A stretch of DNA of 64,000 bases. Source: Callorhinchus milii. Its lineage: Eukaryota. The position numbers were made by a program, and so were the translations under genes. The notes beneath the pieces were generated by a model, which ran no database searches, was not told the origin of the DNA, and saw only the letters and a program-made list of their open reading frames with translations. The stretch covers positions 22,632,001 to 22,696,000 of the forward strand of contig NW_024704743.1 of NCBI RefSeq assembly GCF_018977255.1. Reading direction: 5' to 3'. The number at the start of each line of letters is the position of its first letter. Positions within the stretch are counted from its first letter, which is position 1. This document shows positions 1-13,877 of the stretch, one piece after another.

Positions 1-124
1 AATCCTCCCTTGTATTGGATGCGGCGCCTTATCACGTCTTCCAGTCGTCGGAAAGCGCTTCACAGAATATACTGTAAAGTGAATTGACTGTATGTTGTGG
101 GCGAAACTCGGCAGCCAATTGCAC

Positions 125-780
125 CACAGCAACAGCAAAATTACATTTACAGAGCGGGAGGATGCCCCAGGGCGCTGGACAGTCCGGGGTCGGGACCTGA
201 GCAAAGGGGAGGGGTGGGGTAGGGGTGAGGGAAGGCAGAGAGGTGGGAGGACGACTGAAGGCACGATGAAAGAGGAGGGTCTTGAGACCGGCCTTGAAGG
301 GGGCAAGGGAGGAAACGAGGTGAAGGGACCGTGGGATGGAGTACCAGAGTGTGGGGGCAGAGAGGCTGAAAGCCCGGCCACCGATGGTAGGGTGGGTCGG
401 GCGGGAGACATGGAGCAGACCGGAGCCCACTGAGTGGAGAGAGCGGGCAGGTTGGTAGGGAGTCAGCAGGTCAGAGAGGTAGGAGGGGGCAAGGCCATGG
501 AGAGCCTTGAAAGTGAGGACGAGGATCTTGAACTCGAGTTTGGATGATTTGCAGTTTGTGAAGGGAAGAGTTGGGAAGGCCGATGAAGAGGGAGTTTCCA
601 TAATCGAGCTTTGATGTGACGAATACGTGTGTGAGGGTCTCGGCAGCCTGAGGGGTGAGACAGTGGCGGAGTCTGGCAGTGTTGCCGAGGTGGTAGTAGG
701 CAGTGCCCGGATGTGGGGGAAAAAGGACAGTTCAGGGTCAAACAAGACACCCAGGTTCCTGTACTGACTGGGTGTCAGGA
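125..780 (-). mobile_element. L2-type LINE 3' fragment with an internal deletion
   Basis: RNLGVLFD and FKILVLTFKALHGLAPSYLSDLL...GGRAFS; short repeat tail near 127-140. Confidence 0.88.
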
Positions 781-1749
781 AAGTATCCTGCAAATAGTCA
801 TTGATTGAAGTGGGCAGTTTTTTTTATATAGAGCTTTTACATGGAGCTGACAAGAATCGTTTGTTTTTACTGTATTTGATTTCCCTCCCCACCCCCTTGT
901 TTTTGAAACAGACACAGGATTTTTTTTAAAAAGAGAGAACTGGCAGACTCCAAGTTACTCACTTCAGGACCACAAAACATTATGCTCATTTTTTCACTCA
1001 TTCTTTCAAAAGGAAATGAAAGATTTATTTTAGGAAATAATATCTTGGCGTACAGTATATAATTTGGGACATGACATGTGCACGCAGTTGCCAGGATGGT
1101 CTAAGGCAAATTGGAGGGATCTTCTTTCATCTAGCAATTCCTATGTTCCTATGTTTATGCTTTGGTATGAAAGAAAACATCAGGGATTTTGACACAGCTC
1201 ACTCTGAAATAAAGCTGCTTCATTGATCTGAAATCTGCCTCTAAAATCTAAATTTTTAGCCCCCTCTCCCCAGTCATAAATATTTATTTGTCACTACATT
1301 TTTGTGATTCAATTTATTTTTTAAAAAAACTATGCTCTGATTCTAACAACTCAATTTTTGTTGTGGCCTTACCTTGTCGGTAGAATTTAATTTATTTTAG
1401 ATCTTTATTTAGAGGGAATGCACTTGTATGGAGTTTTGATGTAATCTTTAGATCAGATAAATAAAATTGAAATGAGTAAATAACTACATTCTACTTTCAG
1501 TGCATTTTTTCTGTGGAAGATAAAGAGGAAGGAAAGTGGAAGATGGTTTGAATCTTTAAATACAAATAATCCTTGCATTTGATATAGAACCTTTCACATA
1601 GGAAAACAATAACTTGCATTTATATAGAACCTTTCAGGTAGGGTAACTTCTTGGAGTGCATGTCAGGTTGGTAGGCGTGATAGGCGTGATTGACTAGGTA
1701 GGATTTGAGGCAGGATTAAAGACACAAAAAAGGGATGAGACGGAGGAGT

Positions 1750-2100
1750 CACTGTAAAGTGCAGTGTCTGTGCATTTGTTTCGAAGCAAAGGTAGCAGCC
1801 AATCTACACGCAGCAATATCCCACAAATAGCCATGATGTGAATAACAAAATTTATTTGGGGAATTGTTGGCCAAGACACCGGGGGAAACTCCCTTCTCTT
1901 TTTAAATAGTGGTATGGGATCTTTAACATTCACCTGAACTGGCAGACACGACCTCGGTTTAATGTCTCATCCAAACGATGGCACCTCCGACAGTGCAGTG
2001 CACCCCATCACTGTATTTGAGTGTCAGCCTAGACTGACTCGGGGATTGGAGCCACAACCTTCTGACTTGGAGCCGAGAGTGCTACGAATGGAGTCTGGTT
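1750..2100 (-). mobile_element. Older SINE with a Deu-domain-like core (SacSINE1/AmnSINE-like)
   Basis: Reverse complement contains ctgtcggaggtgccatcgtttggatgagacattaaaccgagg...aaagatccca. Related decayed copies at about 11055-11360, 23540-23800, 46920-47240, 50700-50990, 51480-51780, 55850-56620 and 58690-59050. Family name is from recall, not from a search. Confidence 0.7.
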
Positions 2101-2696
2101 GACACGTATCGTGGGCCAGCGAGCGGCAGGGCCTCGAAAACCCAGGTAAACTGAGCGAGACTCACGGAAGGTATGTCAGGCAGCGACAGGGAGGCACAGG
2201 GCCGGTCTCCCGGGGATCAGGACCTTGAGGTGGGGTGGATGTCGCGGAGATCGAGCGGTGGCCATTACCGGTCAAGGGGGGGATGCCATTTTGGACCTCC
2301 AGTTTTTCCTGCCATTCCACGTGACGTCACTTCCGTCCGCCAGGTTTGAATCCCTGGTAGCAGCTACAACACAATATAGCACAGGATAGTATAGCCTGTA
2401 CTAGTGTCTCCCTCCCTCTGTCTGTCTGTTTCTCCTGTCCTTCTCCTGCAGGCTGCTCACTGCTATTCACAATGAGCGCCCTCCCCACTCTGTGCCAACT
2501 CAAGCACCCCCAGCTTCCTGAAGGCTGACAATGTCCTACTAAACCCGCCGCCTCCTGTCCCAGCGTGCGATTCTTGGCTGCTGCCCCCGACCCGAGCTGG
2601 CCCTCCCTCAAAATGCCCCTCTCCCTGCAATTCTCCCGCTCTCTGTCCTGCTCTCTCTCTGCCCTCCCTGCCTCCTATCTCTGCTTGACCCCCCCC

Positions 2697-3701
2697 CCAT
2701 GGGGTAAATTTCCACATGTATGCGGATGACACCCAACTCTACCTCTCTGCCTCCACCCTGAACTCCAGGACTACTGAGGTCCTGACCGACTGCCTGTCCG
2801 ACATCAAGTCCTGGACGAGGGCCAACTTTCTCCAACTCAACGTCAGCAAGACCGAGGCCATCCTGATTGGCTCGCACCAACGCCTCCACACCTCAGGCGC
2901 TGGCAGCATCAGCCTCCATGGTTGCACCCTCAACCTCACTAAACCAGTCAGGAACCTGGGTGTCTTGTTTGTCCCTGAACTGTCCTTTCTCCCCCACATC
3001 CGTGCCATGACCGGCACTGCCTACCACCACCTCCGCAACTTTGTCAGACTCCGCTACTGCCTCTCCATCAGGCTGCCGAAACCCTCACCCACGCATTCAT
3101 CACCTCAAGGCTCGATTACGGGAACTCCCTCCTCATCGGCCTTCCCAACTCTTCCCTTCACGAGCTGCAGATCATCCAAAACTCTGCAGCTCGTGTATTC
3201 TCGCGTACCAGGCTCCGCGACCCCATCACTCCCACCCTCACCCGACTCCACTGGCTCCCCATCCCCCAGAGGATCAAGTTCAAGATCCTCGTCCTCATTT
3301 TAAGGCAATCCATGGCCTTGCCCCTCCTACCTCTCTGACCTGATGACACCCTACCAACCTGCCCATTCCCTCCGTTCAGCGGGCTCCGGTCTGCTCCATG
3401 TCTCCCACCCGACCCGCCCTTCCATCGGCGCTGGGCTTTCAGCCTGTCTGCCCCCATACTCTGGAACTCCATCCCACGGTCCCTTCGCCTCACTTCCTCC
3501 CTTGTCTCCTTCAAGGCCGGTCTCAAGACCCTTCTCTTCGACCGTGCCTTTGGTCTCCCTCCCACCTCTCTGCCTTCCCTCACCCCAACACCACCCCTCC
3601 CCCATGCTCGGGCCCCGACATCTGACTGTTCAGCGCTTTGGGACGTCCTCCCGACTTGAAAGGTGCTCTATGAATGTAATTTTGTTGCTGCTGTTGTTGT
3701 A
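2697..3701 (+). mobile_element. L2-type LINE 3' fragment
   Basis: [13 protein letters not shown] motif, [14 protein letters not shown], (TTG)n tail; frameshifted. Confidence 0.9.
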
Positions 3702-5284
3702 TATCTAAAATATGTAACACAAATATATTTAATATATGTTGTATCAAAGAGTCTTGACCATTTGACGACATCTTTCTGGAATACTTATCTTTCTATTAGG
3801 AATTAAACTTAAAAAATGAAACGAGTAATTTTGCCTCAACCACTCTTCCTGGTAATCTTTTACAAATCTCTCTGTATATACAAATACGTTCTGGTGCAAG
3901 TGCAATTGGTTGTTGCAGTGGTGTGTTTTCCAAAATTGCCTTTGATCCCAAATCAGTGGGGCATGTTTGTCTAGTTTATTGCATTTCAAATTACGTGGAT
4001 ATTGTGAACCATAAACAAATTATCTAACACATCAAGGTCTCTTTCATCTTCCTTCTAGGTAAGATATCAATGGAATACACTCACCTGCAATATCCTATAG
4101 CTGACCTGGAAGCCTTGATGCATGACATTAGAACGCATTGTACTCTCCAAATTAAACATCTCTTGGTCTTAAACAACAAAATCACCACAACTTTTTTATG
4201 TGAATGTTAGATAAGTAAAAAAGGCACTATTCGAAAAGAGAAGGGAGTTTCTCCTCGTGTCTGGTCAACAATCCCCCAAAATAATTTGGTAATTTGCTCC
4301 ATGGCTGTTTATGGGACATTGCTGTATGTAAATTCGCTGCCGCATTTGCCCACAAAATTTACACAGTCAGACCACTTTACAGCATTTCCCATGAAGTGCT
4401 TTGAAATGCCTCATTGATGTAATATGGTGCTATATCAAATGTGAAGATTATACAGGATATCATAATTCTCTTGCAGTTATATTGATACTGTGATATTTGA
4501 AGTTTGTACGTTTAACTAGCAATGGGAGTTCAAGTCCTTTGAGTCTAGCTGTGTTTGTCTTTATGCCACTGCTACTGAAAAAATGTTCATCGTTTCTTCT
4601 GAAAAATGGATCTCTATTTGCTACCCAGGCTATGCACAATTTATGGCCGGAGAATAAGTGGGGAACCTGCTGTTCAGCCTTCGCCGATACCATCAAAGGA
4701 ACACAAAACTAGCTTTCGTATAATTTGCTCTTTTTTTCCCCTTCCCCATGTGGAGACACCAACCTTATCCTTAGTATATTCTCACAGCAGCAAGGCAGTC
4801 ATTAGACTCTCAGTGACACAGGGAGGGAATGCGTCATTGAACCAGCATCATATCCCTCCCAATGCAGTTGATGCTCCAACATGTGTAATTGATAGTCTTA
4901 AACTGACCTCAGAAAGATATTGTTAATTCAATTTTTGATCTTTCCTCAGCCTCAGGGGAAGCTTGTCTATTTGCTGGTCAAATTAACTGGTCCACATCTG
5001 GCATTTAAAATGGTGAATTCACATATGTACTGCTTCGTTCCAACCTGGACATGACAACAATGCAAAACAATATTCCCTGCCATTAACTGCCATCTAAGCA
5101 CACAATGAATGAATAAAAATTGCAATACACAGGAAGCAAGCTCAGTGAGGAAGCAAGCTTCTGGCAATAGTTAGCTTTTCTTGATATTAAATTGTTTGTT
5201 TATTGAACTCCGTAAAGAATGATTTCTTTAAAATTGTTTATTTTTTCTTCACCTATACTGTATTCCCCAACATCGCTCACCATC

Positions 5285-7800
5285 CCTAGACACCAAGTGC
5301 AGACCAAAACACCTCACTTTTGATTTGTCCCCGGGAGCCAACCTCTCCTCCCTCATCCCTATTCCCATCCTCCCTTCCAATCAGTCCATCAGGCCCTCCA
5401 ATCTCACACATTTCCCTGGCAAGTGTCCTCTCTGCACTAGGTTTTAAAATGTCCGCTCCCTCTGCAACAAGACTCTGACCATCAATGACCTCATCGTTGA
5501 TGAAAATATTGACATCAGGGCCCTCACTGACACCTTCCCCCTCACTGAGGCCACACCACCCGACCTTACCTCCCACCATACCCCATGTCCTACTGCCACC
5601 AAATCCACCTCCATCTCCTACCTCCCCTGGAAAAAAATCTCCCCGCAATCCCTCTCCGCTGCACTGGAGTCATCTGAACTCCTCCACCTCTGGCCTACCT
5701 CACTGATTTATCCTCCTCCCTTACTCTCCTCCACAATTCCCTCTCCACCACTCTTGATGCCCATACCCCCCAAACCGTCTTCTACTCACGAACCTCACCC
5801 TGGTACACCAGCCACAACTATTACCTCAAGGGACAGGTGTGGGTTGCCGAACACACCTGGCTCAAGTCTAACCTAATGGTCCACGGCAGATCAGGCTGGA
5901 CCATATCAAAATATACCGCTCTGGCCTCGCCTCCGCCAAATCATCCTTCTACTCAAGATAATCTCGGAGGCGAAGGACAACCCCAGGCTCCTATTCTCCA
6001 CTACCAACTGGCTCCTCTGCCCACCCTCCCACACCTCGCCCATTCTCTCCTCTCGCTCTCCTGTGAGGAGATGCTGGATTTTTTCGAGTCCAAAATCGTG
6101 GGGATCCGTTCAGCTGCCTCCACCCTCCCAATCGCCACTCCCTTCCCATCTCCCCCCAACACTCCCACCCCTACCCATCCCTCCCTCCACATTTTCAAAC
6201 TGTCTTCCCCTCTCTCATCACCACCATATCAAGCATGAAACACATTAACTGCTCCCTTGACCCCATCCTTACTTCCCAGCTCCACCTCCTTGCCCCAATA
6301 CTCTCTGATACCATCAATCTCTCCCTTTAATCTGGCACCATTCCCATCCCTCTAAAAACAGCTACAATCACCCCCATCCTGAAAAAAAACCTTCCCTGGA
6401 CCCATCCCTGCCTTCTAACTACTGGCCCATCTCCAAACTCCCTTCTCTTTCGAAGATCCTTGGAAGAGTCGTTGCTTGCCAGCTTCGCTCATTCTTCTAC
6501 CATTCCCCTCTCAAGCCCTTCCATTTGGGTTTCCGAGCTGCTCACAGCACGGAAACTGCTCTGGTCAAGGTGACAAACGACATTTTGTCCATTTTGTGAC
6601 CAGGCCTCCCTATGCCTCCTTATCCTCGACCTCTCTTGCCTTTGATACTGTAGACCACTCCATCCTCCTCCACCGCCTCTCCTCTCACCTCAACCTTCAA
6701 GGTTCTGTCCGTGAATGGTTCAGGTCTTATCTCTCTCACAATCTCCAATTTGTCTCCACCATTGGTTTCTCTTCCAGCCCCTCACAGTCTCATGTGGTGT
6801 TCCTCAGGACTCTGTCCTCGGTCCCCTCCTCTTCAGCCTCTCCATGCTCCCCCTTGCTGACATCATTCACCGGCATGGGGTCAGCTTCCACATGTATGCA
6901 GATGATACCCAGCTCTATCTCTCTGCCTCCACCCTCGATTCCAGGACAACTGACATCCTGAACAGATTGTCAGTCTGACATCAAGTCCTTGGATGATAGC
7001 CAACTTTCTACAGCTGAATGTCAGCAAGACTGAGGTTTTCCTGATTAGCTCATGCCACTGCCTCAACACCTCAGACACTGGCAGCATCAGCACCCACGTT
7101 TGCACATTCCACCTCACCAAGGCAGTTAGGAACCTCTGCATCTTGTTCGACCCTCAACTGTCCTTTTTCCCCCATATCCGTGCCATGACCCGCTCTGCCT
7201 TCCCCCACCTCCGCAACATTGCCTCGTCATCTCAAGACTTGACTACGGAAACTCCCTCCTTGTTGGCTTCCCAACTCTTCCCTCCACAAGCTGCAGATCA
7301 TCCAGAACTCTGCAGCTCGCGTCCTCTCCCGCACCAGACTCCGTGACCCCATCACTGCCACCCTCTCAGAGGATAGAATTCAAAATCCTCGTCCTCACTT
7401 TCAAGGCCCTCCATGGCCTTGCCCTCTCCTACATTTCTGACCTGCTGACCCCCTATCAACCTGTCCACTCGCTTGGCTCAGCAGGCTCAGGCCTGCTCCA
7501 GGTCTCCAGCCCGACCCATCCTACCATTCGCGGCCGGGCTTTCAGCCTCTCTGCACCCATTCTTTTGAATCCCAACCCACAATCCCTTTGCCTTGCTTCC
7601 TCTCTTGCCTCCTTCACGGCACGACTCAAGACCCTCCTTTTTGATCGTGCCTTCAGCCATCCTCCTACCCCCTCTGCCCTCCCTCATCCCAACCCTGCCC
7701 CCATTCTCATGTCCTGATTTCTGACTTCAGCGCCTTGGGACGTCCTCCCGACGTGAAAGACGCTTTACTAATGTCATTTTGCTGTTGTTGTTGCTGTTTA
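5285..7800 (+). mobile_element. Decayed L2-type LINE, about 2.5 kb
   Basis: [24 protein letters not shown] and YADD motifs; many stops and frameshifts; (TTG)n tail. Confidence 0.9.
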
Positions 7801-8793
7801 TTGTGCAGTGTGTGGCTTATTGGCAGAAGAATGCGGGTGCCTGAATGCCATTTACGTTTTTTGGGGGCTTGTCACTGAGGGCACTGCCTGGCAAGCTTTC
7901 CCGCTGCTTATCCAGCTAGGACCACCCTACTCAGTAGGGCTGTTGCCTGTAGGTTTACAGGAGCTGAGCACGAAGAGTTCCTGCCCCCAGTGACTGGTCT
8001 GCCCTTCCAAGTCCTGCCGATGAGTCAGCCTGGCTGCCTGTTATCAGCAGTGCCCTGGATTATTGCATGTCCGCCTGGCTCAAAAACTGGACTACCGAGA
8101 CTGCCACAGAGGTTTGGCTCGACTCCGACATTCTGTTGTCAAACACGTCACACTTGGAGCCAGTTCAACTCCAAGGGGATCCCGCTTACCTCTCCACCCA
8201 CCAGTAGGATAGCCACTTGGTCATTTGACAGGTCGTTTGACATCCGACAAATGTGGGTTTGAGCCCTCACTAGATGGACAGTAGATACAAGGAATGTTTT
8301 GGATTGGATTGCGAAACACAGGTGGCAACATGGAAACAACTGAGGAAGTTTATTTTTTTTCTGACTTAAATTAGCCATTTGCTAATTCTGTAAATACAAT
8401 TAGTTAAGCTAAATTCCCAATATTAATACACTCGTAGGATTTAGTAATGATAATAATCCTTGAATTTAATATAGCGCCTTATCACATCGTCGAGAAGTCT
8501 CAAAATATTTCACAGAATATATACTGTAAAGTGTAGTGACTATTTTGTGGGCGAAATGTGGCAATCAATTGCGCACAGATACCTGACGTAGTACAGATAT
8601 TACTTCCTTTACTCTGTGGCACATGTAGTAACAAATAGGCCTGAAATAAAACTCCATCGTCAGATATACACAGGAGGGAAATGGGAATAGAAAGGTACAG
8701 GAGGGAGTAAGGAATGGGAGGAGACTCATGTGGAGTATAAACACCAGCACAGACTAGTTGGTTCAAATGGCCTGTTTCCATGCTGTACATTCT

Positions 8794-9118
8794 ATAATAA
8801 TAATAATAATCTTTGCATTTGATATAGCGCTTTTCACGTCGGGAGGACGTCCCAAAGCGCTTCACAGAACACACTGTAAAGTGAATTGACTGTATTTTTT
8901 GTGGGCGAATGCGGCAGCCAATTGCGCACAGCAATGTCCCACAAACAGTCGTAGATTGAAAATGACCAATTTATTATTGTTTTTGGTTTTGGAGGGATTA
9001 TTATTAGGCTCTGTGTGGAGTAAGGAAACTTGCCCAAGGTTTCGCCCTCTGCCTGGAATTGAACTCAGGTCTCTCGCTTGCAAAGCGAGTGCTCTAACCA
9101 CTGAGCTACAGGACTCCA
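8794..9118 (-). mobile_element. tRNA-derived SINE (TGC anticodon-like loop), full length
   Basis: Reverse complement of the 56083 copy: Pol III A and B boxes, body, L2-like 3' end, (TTA)n tail. Confidence 0.9.
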
Positions 9119-11717
9119 TGTAAATCAATGGTCGTGATGTAGATATTAAACATAGTTAATCAGTTCAAAATTGTAGGAATCTAGAGTCAAAAGGAAGGCA
9201 AAATCACCAGATAATTAGTTGATTGAGTACATTAAGGTGAGTCTATGCTTTATATCTAACCAGTAGGGTGTATAGAAAGAGGTGAAATTTAAAAATCTGT
9301 GAGCCTCAGCCTTGAACATTCTGTCAAATGTCATTAAAGACATGATATCTGCCCCAAGTCAAAACTCAGTTACTCTCATATTATCTTGAATTGCTGTTAA
9401 ATAATTGCCTCCCTGTGGCACTTTGAATTTAATATAACAGCCTCTTATAATTATTATTTTGGCTTTAATTTTTCAAGTTCCAGTAATTAGCCTTGAGGAA
9501 CCACTGTTTTCATTTTATCCAATTTTTGCTGATACTCAGAAATTGTTTTAAATAATCTTTTGCTTCCCTCACATATAGCATCTCCTTTCATGTCCAGGCA
9601 AGAACAAATGTTTGGCAACTCCTTTTTATTTTGAAATCAATGCCCCCTTAACAGTCAGAGATAGTTGACTGCTGTTTTTCATAGCACTACACTTGCATAA
9701 TGGTCATTTCATATCTGTCTTCAGTGGGAGTTAGACATTTCAGCAGATCCACTTGTAATAAGAAGGAACCCTGGCTTATTGACTCATGATCCCAAAGAGA
9801 TGTATAATAAAAAAAAGTCAATAACAGGTGAATCGTAACAAATGGGCCTGAAATAAAACTTCCATCATTGGGGAGGACAAGTTTGCAGGGCTGTGGGAAG
9901 AGCGCGGGGGAGTGGGATTTTCAAAGAGCCAGCACAGACATGATGGGCTGAATGACTTCCTTCTGTGCTATAAAATTCTATGATTCTATGATCATTATGG
10001 TCCCATAAAAATGTTCAAAGATCTGGCAGTCATTGTTCACAGATGGAATAAACAATAAGCCTGTCATCTGAGCAACTATTCATTATCTTTAATTTGTTTC
10101 AAGTACAGGTACTTCATAGAAAGTCAAAATTGTAATTTATGAGAAAAACAAACAGTACAGCAGCTCTCTGTGATGGTGTTTCAAGAGGTTGAATTGCCTC
10201 CACGATTCAGGCCTTTTATTCACAGCTCCCGTCAACTGTGAAATTATGATACCTGAGAAACAACAGAGGCAAACTGATGTCATCAGTAGATGATCTGCTG
10301 TCAGTCCAAACTCTCCAACAGCCAAAACAAATCCAAATCAAAAGCCTAAAGGGTAGGGTGGTGCTATCTGGACAAGCACCTGGAAGCTTGCCAGACAGTG
10401 CTCATGGTAGCAAGCAATGAGGTTTTAGCTGATTGAACTCCAGTAGTGAGACAGTGCTCTCAATGACAAGCTATGCATCCTTAAGCTGTATAGATTCCAG
10501 CAGTACCCCAACACATACTCTGGGGTTCCCAAGCCTTGCCTCTTGCTAACTTATGCTTGACCTGCTTCCTTCGCTCAGCAAACACTGGCCTACTCTATTG
10601 GCCCACCGAATCTGCTCCACGGTCACCAGGCGGGCTTTTAGCCATTCTGTCACCGCTCTGAAACTCCATTCCAAGTTCCTCCATCTCATTCCCTCCCATT
10701 TTTCAAAGCATGTCTGAAAATATGAAACCTATATAGTCCTAAATTGACATTCTAATGTAGTGCTGGGCATGTGCTGCATTGTCAGAGGTGCCATACTGTG
10801 GATGAGATGATAAACTGAGGTCCTGTCCAGAGAATCGACAACAAGATCAACTTTCACTTATATAGCGCCCTCCATACATGGTAGTGCCTCCGAGCACTTA
10901 ACAGGATCCTGTGAATCACCACTTTTAAGGGCCTTTGAATCCCATTATACCACCGTATTAACAAGCGTGACAGAGAGTGCTTTGTTTCAATTAAAGTTAC
11001 ATTTAGCAGTTCTTTTTAGCGAGTTTTGAATTCTCAAAACAGAATTAAGAGGCCTGGCTCAGCACTCTCATCTCTGAGTTAGAAGGTTATGGGTTCAACC
11101 CCCATGTTGGTATGTTGAATACACACAGTCTATTGTGATACCAGGGTGTGCTGCATTGTTGAGATGTTAAACTGAAGTCCCGTCTGCTCATTCAGGTGCA
11201 TGTTAAAGATCCCTCGGTGCTGTTTGAAAAGAGAAGGGGGTTTCGCCTGGGGTCCTGGCAACAGCTCCCAAATAAAATTGGTCAATCTCTCCATGGCTAC
11301 TTATGGGATATTGTGGTGAGCAAACTGGCTGTGACTGGCTCCCACAAAACCCACAGTCTTCTCGACGTGAAAGGCGCTACACAAGTGTAATCTTGTTGTT
11401 GTTGAGACGTCTCGATGACGTGATAAGGCACTAATATCAAATGCAAGTATTTGACCCTGCCCTTCAATTGTGCCTATGGTCACCGCCCCTCTCTCCTTGG
11501 CTCGGGGTCAAGCTCTGCCACTGTAAAGCACTTCAAAACACTGCCCCACATGAAACGAGCTATATTAACGCAAGTTGTTGTTGTGGTTGTTATAAAGTGT
11601 ACTTCTTCAATTGTGCTTTCAGTCATTTTTCCCCTCCACACCCCCTTTTTTAATTTATCACACAGTTGATGTAACACTTATCATGTCTTTGAGACGTCTC
11701 AAAGTGCTTGACAGAAT

Positions 11718-12668
11718 ATAATAATAATAATCCTTGCATTTGATATAGCACCTTATCACGTCTTCGAGACGTCTCAAAGTGCTTCACAGAATATACTGTA
11801 AAGTGAATTGACGATATTGTGTGGGCGAAACGCAGCAGCCAGTTGCAGCAGTGTTCCACAAACAGTTGTGGATTAAGTGACCAATTTATTATTATTTTTT
11901 TTGAAGGAATTATTACTTCTGGAAAAGTGATCCACCAATCGAGTAACAACCATGTTCCTACTTACTGCTAGGTAAACAACAACAATAATAACTTGCACTT
12001 ATACCGCCCCCTCCATGCAGGGTAGCGTCTCAGAGCGCTTAACAGTGGTGGAGCCTGACTCCGAGCCGGGGGGGAGGGGAAAGTGGCCGTAAGCATAGTC
12101 GAAGAGGAAAGTTTTCGGGTGGGACTTGAACGAGGGGAGAGAGGGGGCAAGGTGGAGGGATTGAAGGAGAGCGTTCCAGAGTTTTGGGGCGTAGTGGCTG
12201 AAAGCACCGCCTCTGATTGTGGGGTGGAGGGTGAGGGACGAGCAGGAGGCCGGTGCCAGTTGAGCATGGGCGCCGATTGGTGGATTGCGGAATGAGGAGG
12301 TCGGAGAAGTAGGGAGATGCCAAGGACCAGGGAGTGAATGGATTTGAACACTAGTGTGAGGATCTTGAAATAGATCCACTCGGTGATGGGGAGCCAGTGG
12401 AGCCTGGACAGAACTGGTGAGATGTGGGTACGGAGTTTGATCCGGGTTAGTATGTGGGTGGCAGAGTTTTGAATGAGTTGGATTTTTGAATGGTAGAGCT
12501 GGGGAGACCAGCGAGGAGTGCGTTGGAGTAATCCAAGCAGGAGGTGACAAATGCATGCACAAGGTGTGTGGAGTATTGAAACTTGCCCAACATTTCACCC
12601 TACTGGGAATTGAACTCAGGTTTCTCGCTTGTGAGGCGAGTGCTCTAACCACTGAGCTACAGGACTCC
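11718..12668 (-). mobile_element. CAC-type tRNA-derived SINE split by an L2 insertion
   Basis: Head at about 12561-12668 and remainder at 11718-11975, collinear with the 60271 copy. Confidence 0.82.
11976..12560 (-). mobile_element. L2-type 3' fragment (second subfamily) nested inside a SINE
   Basis: GGAFSHYAPKLWNAL...FKSHPKTFLF; (CAA)n tail at 11976. Related copies at about 31198-31560 (-) and 34870-35370 (+). Confidence 0.82.
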
Positions 12669-13323
12669 ATGAGTTAGAAGAGTGTAGTGACTGATATTTT
12701 GTGCATGAAACACGGCAGCCAATTACGCACAGCAGTGTCCCTGCACAGACAATAAGATGATGGGAGATAAATTGGATGAAGTAGTTTCCTCGTACTTGGC
12801 AACTCTAAGCAACTTATTAATGTTTAACAAAATAGTAACTAAAGGTAGAAATAGATGTGAAACAGTCCCGAGGAAAGGAATGGTTCTTAAAACAAAGTGA
12901 AATGCGAGTGCCAAATATAGGGCATGTGACTCAAGTGAGGTCATGATTGGTAAGGATCAGTTTTTGATCAATATTTGTTAACCTGGAAGGAACAGTTATT
13001 TCTACTCAGGCTGATGTGTGGTCTCCTGCCTATGTTGTGAGGAGAGGGTTATTTCAATGTGAATCGAGATGGGTTGATTTTAACCATAGTAGCCCTAATC
13101 CAACAGCAGAAAAAAAACTCCATCAGGAAAAGTAAGTCAAAATCATAAGAGAATTGTGTGGGGTGGAAAAAAAAAGACAAAAGGTCAATATGTTCTCATG
13201 CCCTAACACTGACATCTTTCAGCTTGATTGAGCGCTGACTTTACAAAAAAGAATAAAGGAAAACCAACACGATTAACCTGTAGGTTCCAAAAAGTTGGCA
13301 ACTTTTCAGTGTTTAATTCTATC

Positions 13324-13877
13324 ACCAGGCTTCGGGACCACATCACTCCCACCTTCGCTCGCCTCCACTGGCTCCCCATTCCCCAGAGGATTGATTTCAA
13401 GATCCTCATCCTCACCTACAAGGCCATTCACGGCCTTGCTCCCTCCTACCCCTCCAACCTACTATCCCCCTACCTACCTGCCCGTACCCTCCGTTCCTCC
13501 GGCTCCAGTCTGCTCCACGTCCCCCGCCCCAACCGCCCTACCATTGGTGGTCGGGCCTTCAGCCTCTCAGCCCCGAGGCTCTGGAACTCTATCCCCCAGT
13601 GCCTTCGCCGCTTCCTCCCTCTCCTCCTTCAAGGCCGGTCTCAAAACCTTTCTCTTTGACCGAGCCTTCAGCTCCCCTCTCGACTCTCTACCCCCTCCTC
13701 GCTCCCTCCCATCCCTCCCCTCACCCTGACCATTTCCCCCCTCCTCGCTCCCTCCCTCCCCTCACCCTGACCATTTCCCCCCTGCTCGGGTCATGACCCA
13801 ACTGTGCAGCGCTTTGGGACGTCCTCCTGACGTGAAAGGCGCTTTATAAATGGAATCTTGTTGTTGTTGTTGTTGTA
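13324..13877 (+). mobile_element. L2-type LINE 3' end, subfamily with a tandem duplication in the 3' UTR
   Basis: DHITPTFARLHWLPIPQRIDFKIL...GGRAFS; terminal stem-loop and (TTG)n tail. Confidence 0.9.

Noticed and set aside
7875..7935. Short similarities between distant sites (7880 vs 63930; 10505 vs 45342; 8628 vs 9836)
   Set aside because: Most simply fragments of old dispersed repeats or tiny local duplications; too short to classify or interpret.
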